Assembly (NCBI GenBank): GCA_050246635.1
Contig: JBFWVR010000009.1
Span: 11,807 to 75,806, forward strand
DNA: 64,000 bases
Direction of reading: 5' to 3'
Source: Vicinamibacterales bacterium
Lineage (GTDB): Bacteria; Acidobacteriota; Vicinamibacteria; Vicinamibacterales; UBA2999
The notes beneath the pieces were generated by a model. That model was not told the origin of the DNA. It saw nothing but the letters and a program-made list of their open reading frames with translations, and did no database searches. Positions 62,899-64,000 of this stretch are shown piece by piece. The translations under genes and the position numbers were made by a program. Within the stretch, counting starts at the first letter, position 1. Each line of letters opens with the position of its first letter.

Positions 62899-64000
62899 AT
62901 GCGCCTCAGAGCCCTCGTGCCGCTCATCGCGTGTGCCGTCGCGGTCTTCCAGGCCTGCCAGCCTCCGCCCCCGCCCTACGACCTGGTGGTGCGGGGAGGC
63001 ATGCTGCTCGACGGCACCGGGGCCGAGGCCGTGCGCGCCGACGTCGCGGTGAGTGGGGACCGTATCGTCGCCATCGGCGATCTCGAGGGCCGTCCCGCCG
63101 GAGCGGTCATCGACGCCACCGGCCTCATCGTCGCGCCCGGGTTCATCGACGTGCAGGGCCAGTCGGGCACCACGCTGCTCGCGGACGGCAATGGGGAGAG
63201 CCACCTCCGGCAGGGCATCACGACCGAGATCATCGGCGAGGGCAACTCACCCGCGTTCTGGACCGCCGAGACCGCGCAGACCGGCCTGCTCGACGCCTTC
63301 GGGGTGCCGTTCGACTGGACGAGCATCGACGGGTACTTCCAGGCGTTGTCCGCACGGGGCACGACCATCAACCTGGGGACCCTCATCCCGGCGACGGAAG
63401 TGCGGCGCCAGGTGATCGGGCTCGAGAACCGGCCGCCGACGCCGGAGGAACTCACCCGCATGGAGGCCATTGTCGAGACGGCGATGCGTGGCGGCGCCTT
63501 CGGCCTGTCGAGTGCCCTGATCTACCCGCCCGGGTCGTTCGCGGCGACGCCGGAGCTCGTCGCGCTGGCGCGTGTCGCGGCGCGGCACGACGGCGTGTAC
63601 GTCTCCCACATCCGGGGCGAGAGCTTCAACCTGTTCAGTGCGCTGGACGAGGCGATCACGATCGGCCGCGAGGCGGACATCCCGGTGGTCGTGTTCCACC
63701 TGAAGGTGGGGGCGCGCGAGAACTGGGGACGCATGCCCGAGGTGATCGCGGCGCTCAATGCCGCGGCCCAGTCCGGCGTCCGCATCGGCGCGACCATGTA
63801 CCCCTACACCGCGGGGGGGACCGGCCTGGCGGCGTCGCTGCCCACCTGGGTCCAGGAAGGGGGCACGGAGCGCATGCTGGAGCGCCTGGCCGATCCCGCC
63901 GTGCGGGCCCGGGCCCGCGAGGAACTGGAGACCCGGACCGAGGGCTGGGAAAACCTCGTGCGCGCCGCGACCCTCGAGGGCATCCAGATCGCCTCGGTGC
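62899..64000 (+). CDS. D-aminoacylase-like amidohydrolase (N-acyl-D-amino-acid deacylase family), C-terminus beyond the window
   Basis: ATG 62899 opens a frame that stays open to the window end. There is a lipoprotein-like signal (MRLRALVPLIACAVAVFQAC), then YDLVVRGGMLLDGTG...DVAVSGDRIVAIGDL...VIDATGLIVAPGFIDVQGQSG...VYVSHIRGE...VVVFHLKVG...MYPYTAGGT. It is absent from the ORF track because it is truncated. Confidence 0.8.
   Translation, partial: MRLRALVPLIACAVAVFQACQPPPPPYDLVVRGGMLLDGTGAEAVRADVAVSGDRIVAIGDLEGRPAGAVIDATGLIVAPGFIDVQGQSGTTLLADGNGESHLRQGITTEIIGEGNSPAFWTAETAQTGLLDAFGVPFDWTSIDGYFQALSARGTTINLGTLIPATEVRRQVIGLENRPPTPEELTRMEAIVETAMRGGAFGLSSALIYPPGSFAATPELVALARVAARHDGVYVSHIRGESFNLFSALDEAITIGREADIPVVVFHLKVGARENWGRMPEVIAALNAAAQSGVRIGATMYPYTAGGTGLAASLPTWVQEGGTERMLERLADPAVRARAREELETRTEGWENLVRAATLEGIQIASV

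Overview
This is a 64-kb, gene-dense, high-GC (roughly 68-70 percent by eye) bacterial chromosomal segment. I call 56 protein-coding genes (two cut by the window edges), one tRNA-Pro(GGG), a few terminator-like hairpins and about a dozen structured intergenic repeats. Content is mostly housekeeping. In order: a low-MW PBP, YbjQ, an FdhE-like protein, a TonB-dependent receptor, two tandem sulfatase-like/TPR fusions, glgA, trxA-trxB, a cysteine desulfurase-mnmA pair, bactofilin, a SAM hydrolase (DUF62), glpX, an MFS transporter, hflX and pgsA. Next comes a roughly 12-kb polysaccharide locus: UDP-xylose synthase, a priming phosphotransferase, five glycosyltransferases, ugd, galE and an MsbA-like ABC exporter. 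After that: yicC-gmk-coaBC-UDG-priA, three small membrane or Cys-rich proteins, a site-2 protease, HU/IHF, der, a MerR regulator, tRNA-Pro, tsaC/sua5 and ppa. The right end holds a HlyD/MacB-type exporter operon fused to an NtrC-type two-component system, a metallophosphoesterase, a GrdB/PrdB-family gene, diaminopropionate ammonia-lyase and a D-aminoacylase-like gene. Lineage guess, from gene families only: Acidobacteriota-like, based on the roughly 800-aa duplicated MacB/FtsX (ADOP-type) permease, the CarboxypepD_reg-type TonB receptor and the sulfatase-TPR fusions. The strongest signal is at 60719-61417. Two ORFs in the same frame are separated by a single TGA, with a SECIS-like hairpin 11 nt downstream. 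This is best read as one selenocysteine-containing GrdB/PrdB-family protein of unknown function. Second, the exporter operon carries an intramembrane-type histidine kinase and a sigma-54 activator, so it resembles a Bce-like transporter-coupled sensing module built from different parts. Third, nearly every longer intergenic spacer has a recurrent architecture: either inverted arrays of 7-10-nt tandem repeats, or long GC-rich imperfect palindromes (three related copies). I saw no CRISPR array, rRNA, transposase, integrase or phage gene. All product calls rest on motifs recognised by eye, since no database search was possible. Many ORF-track entries are antisense or off-frame artefacts of the high GC content.
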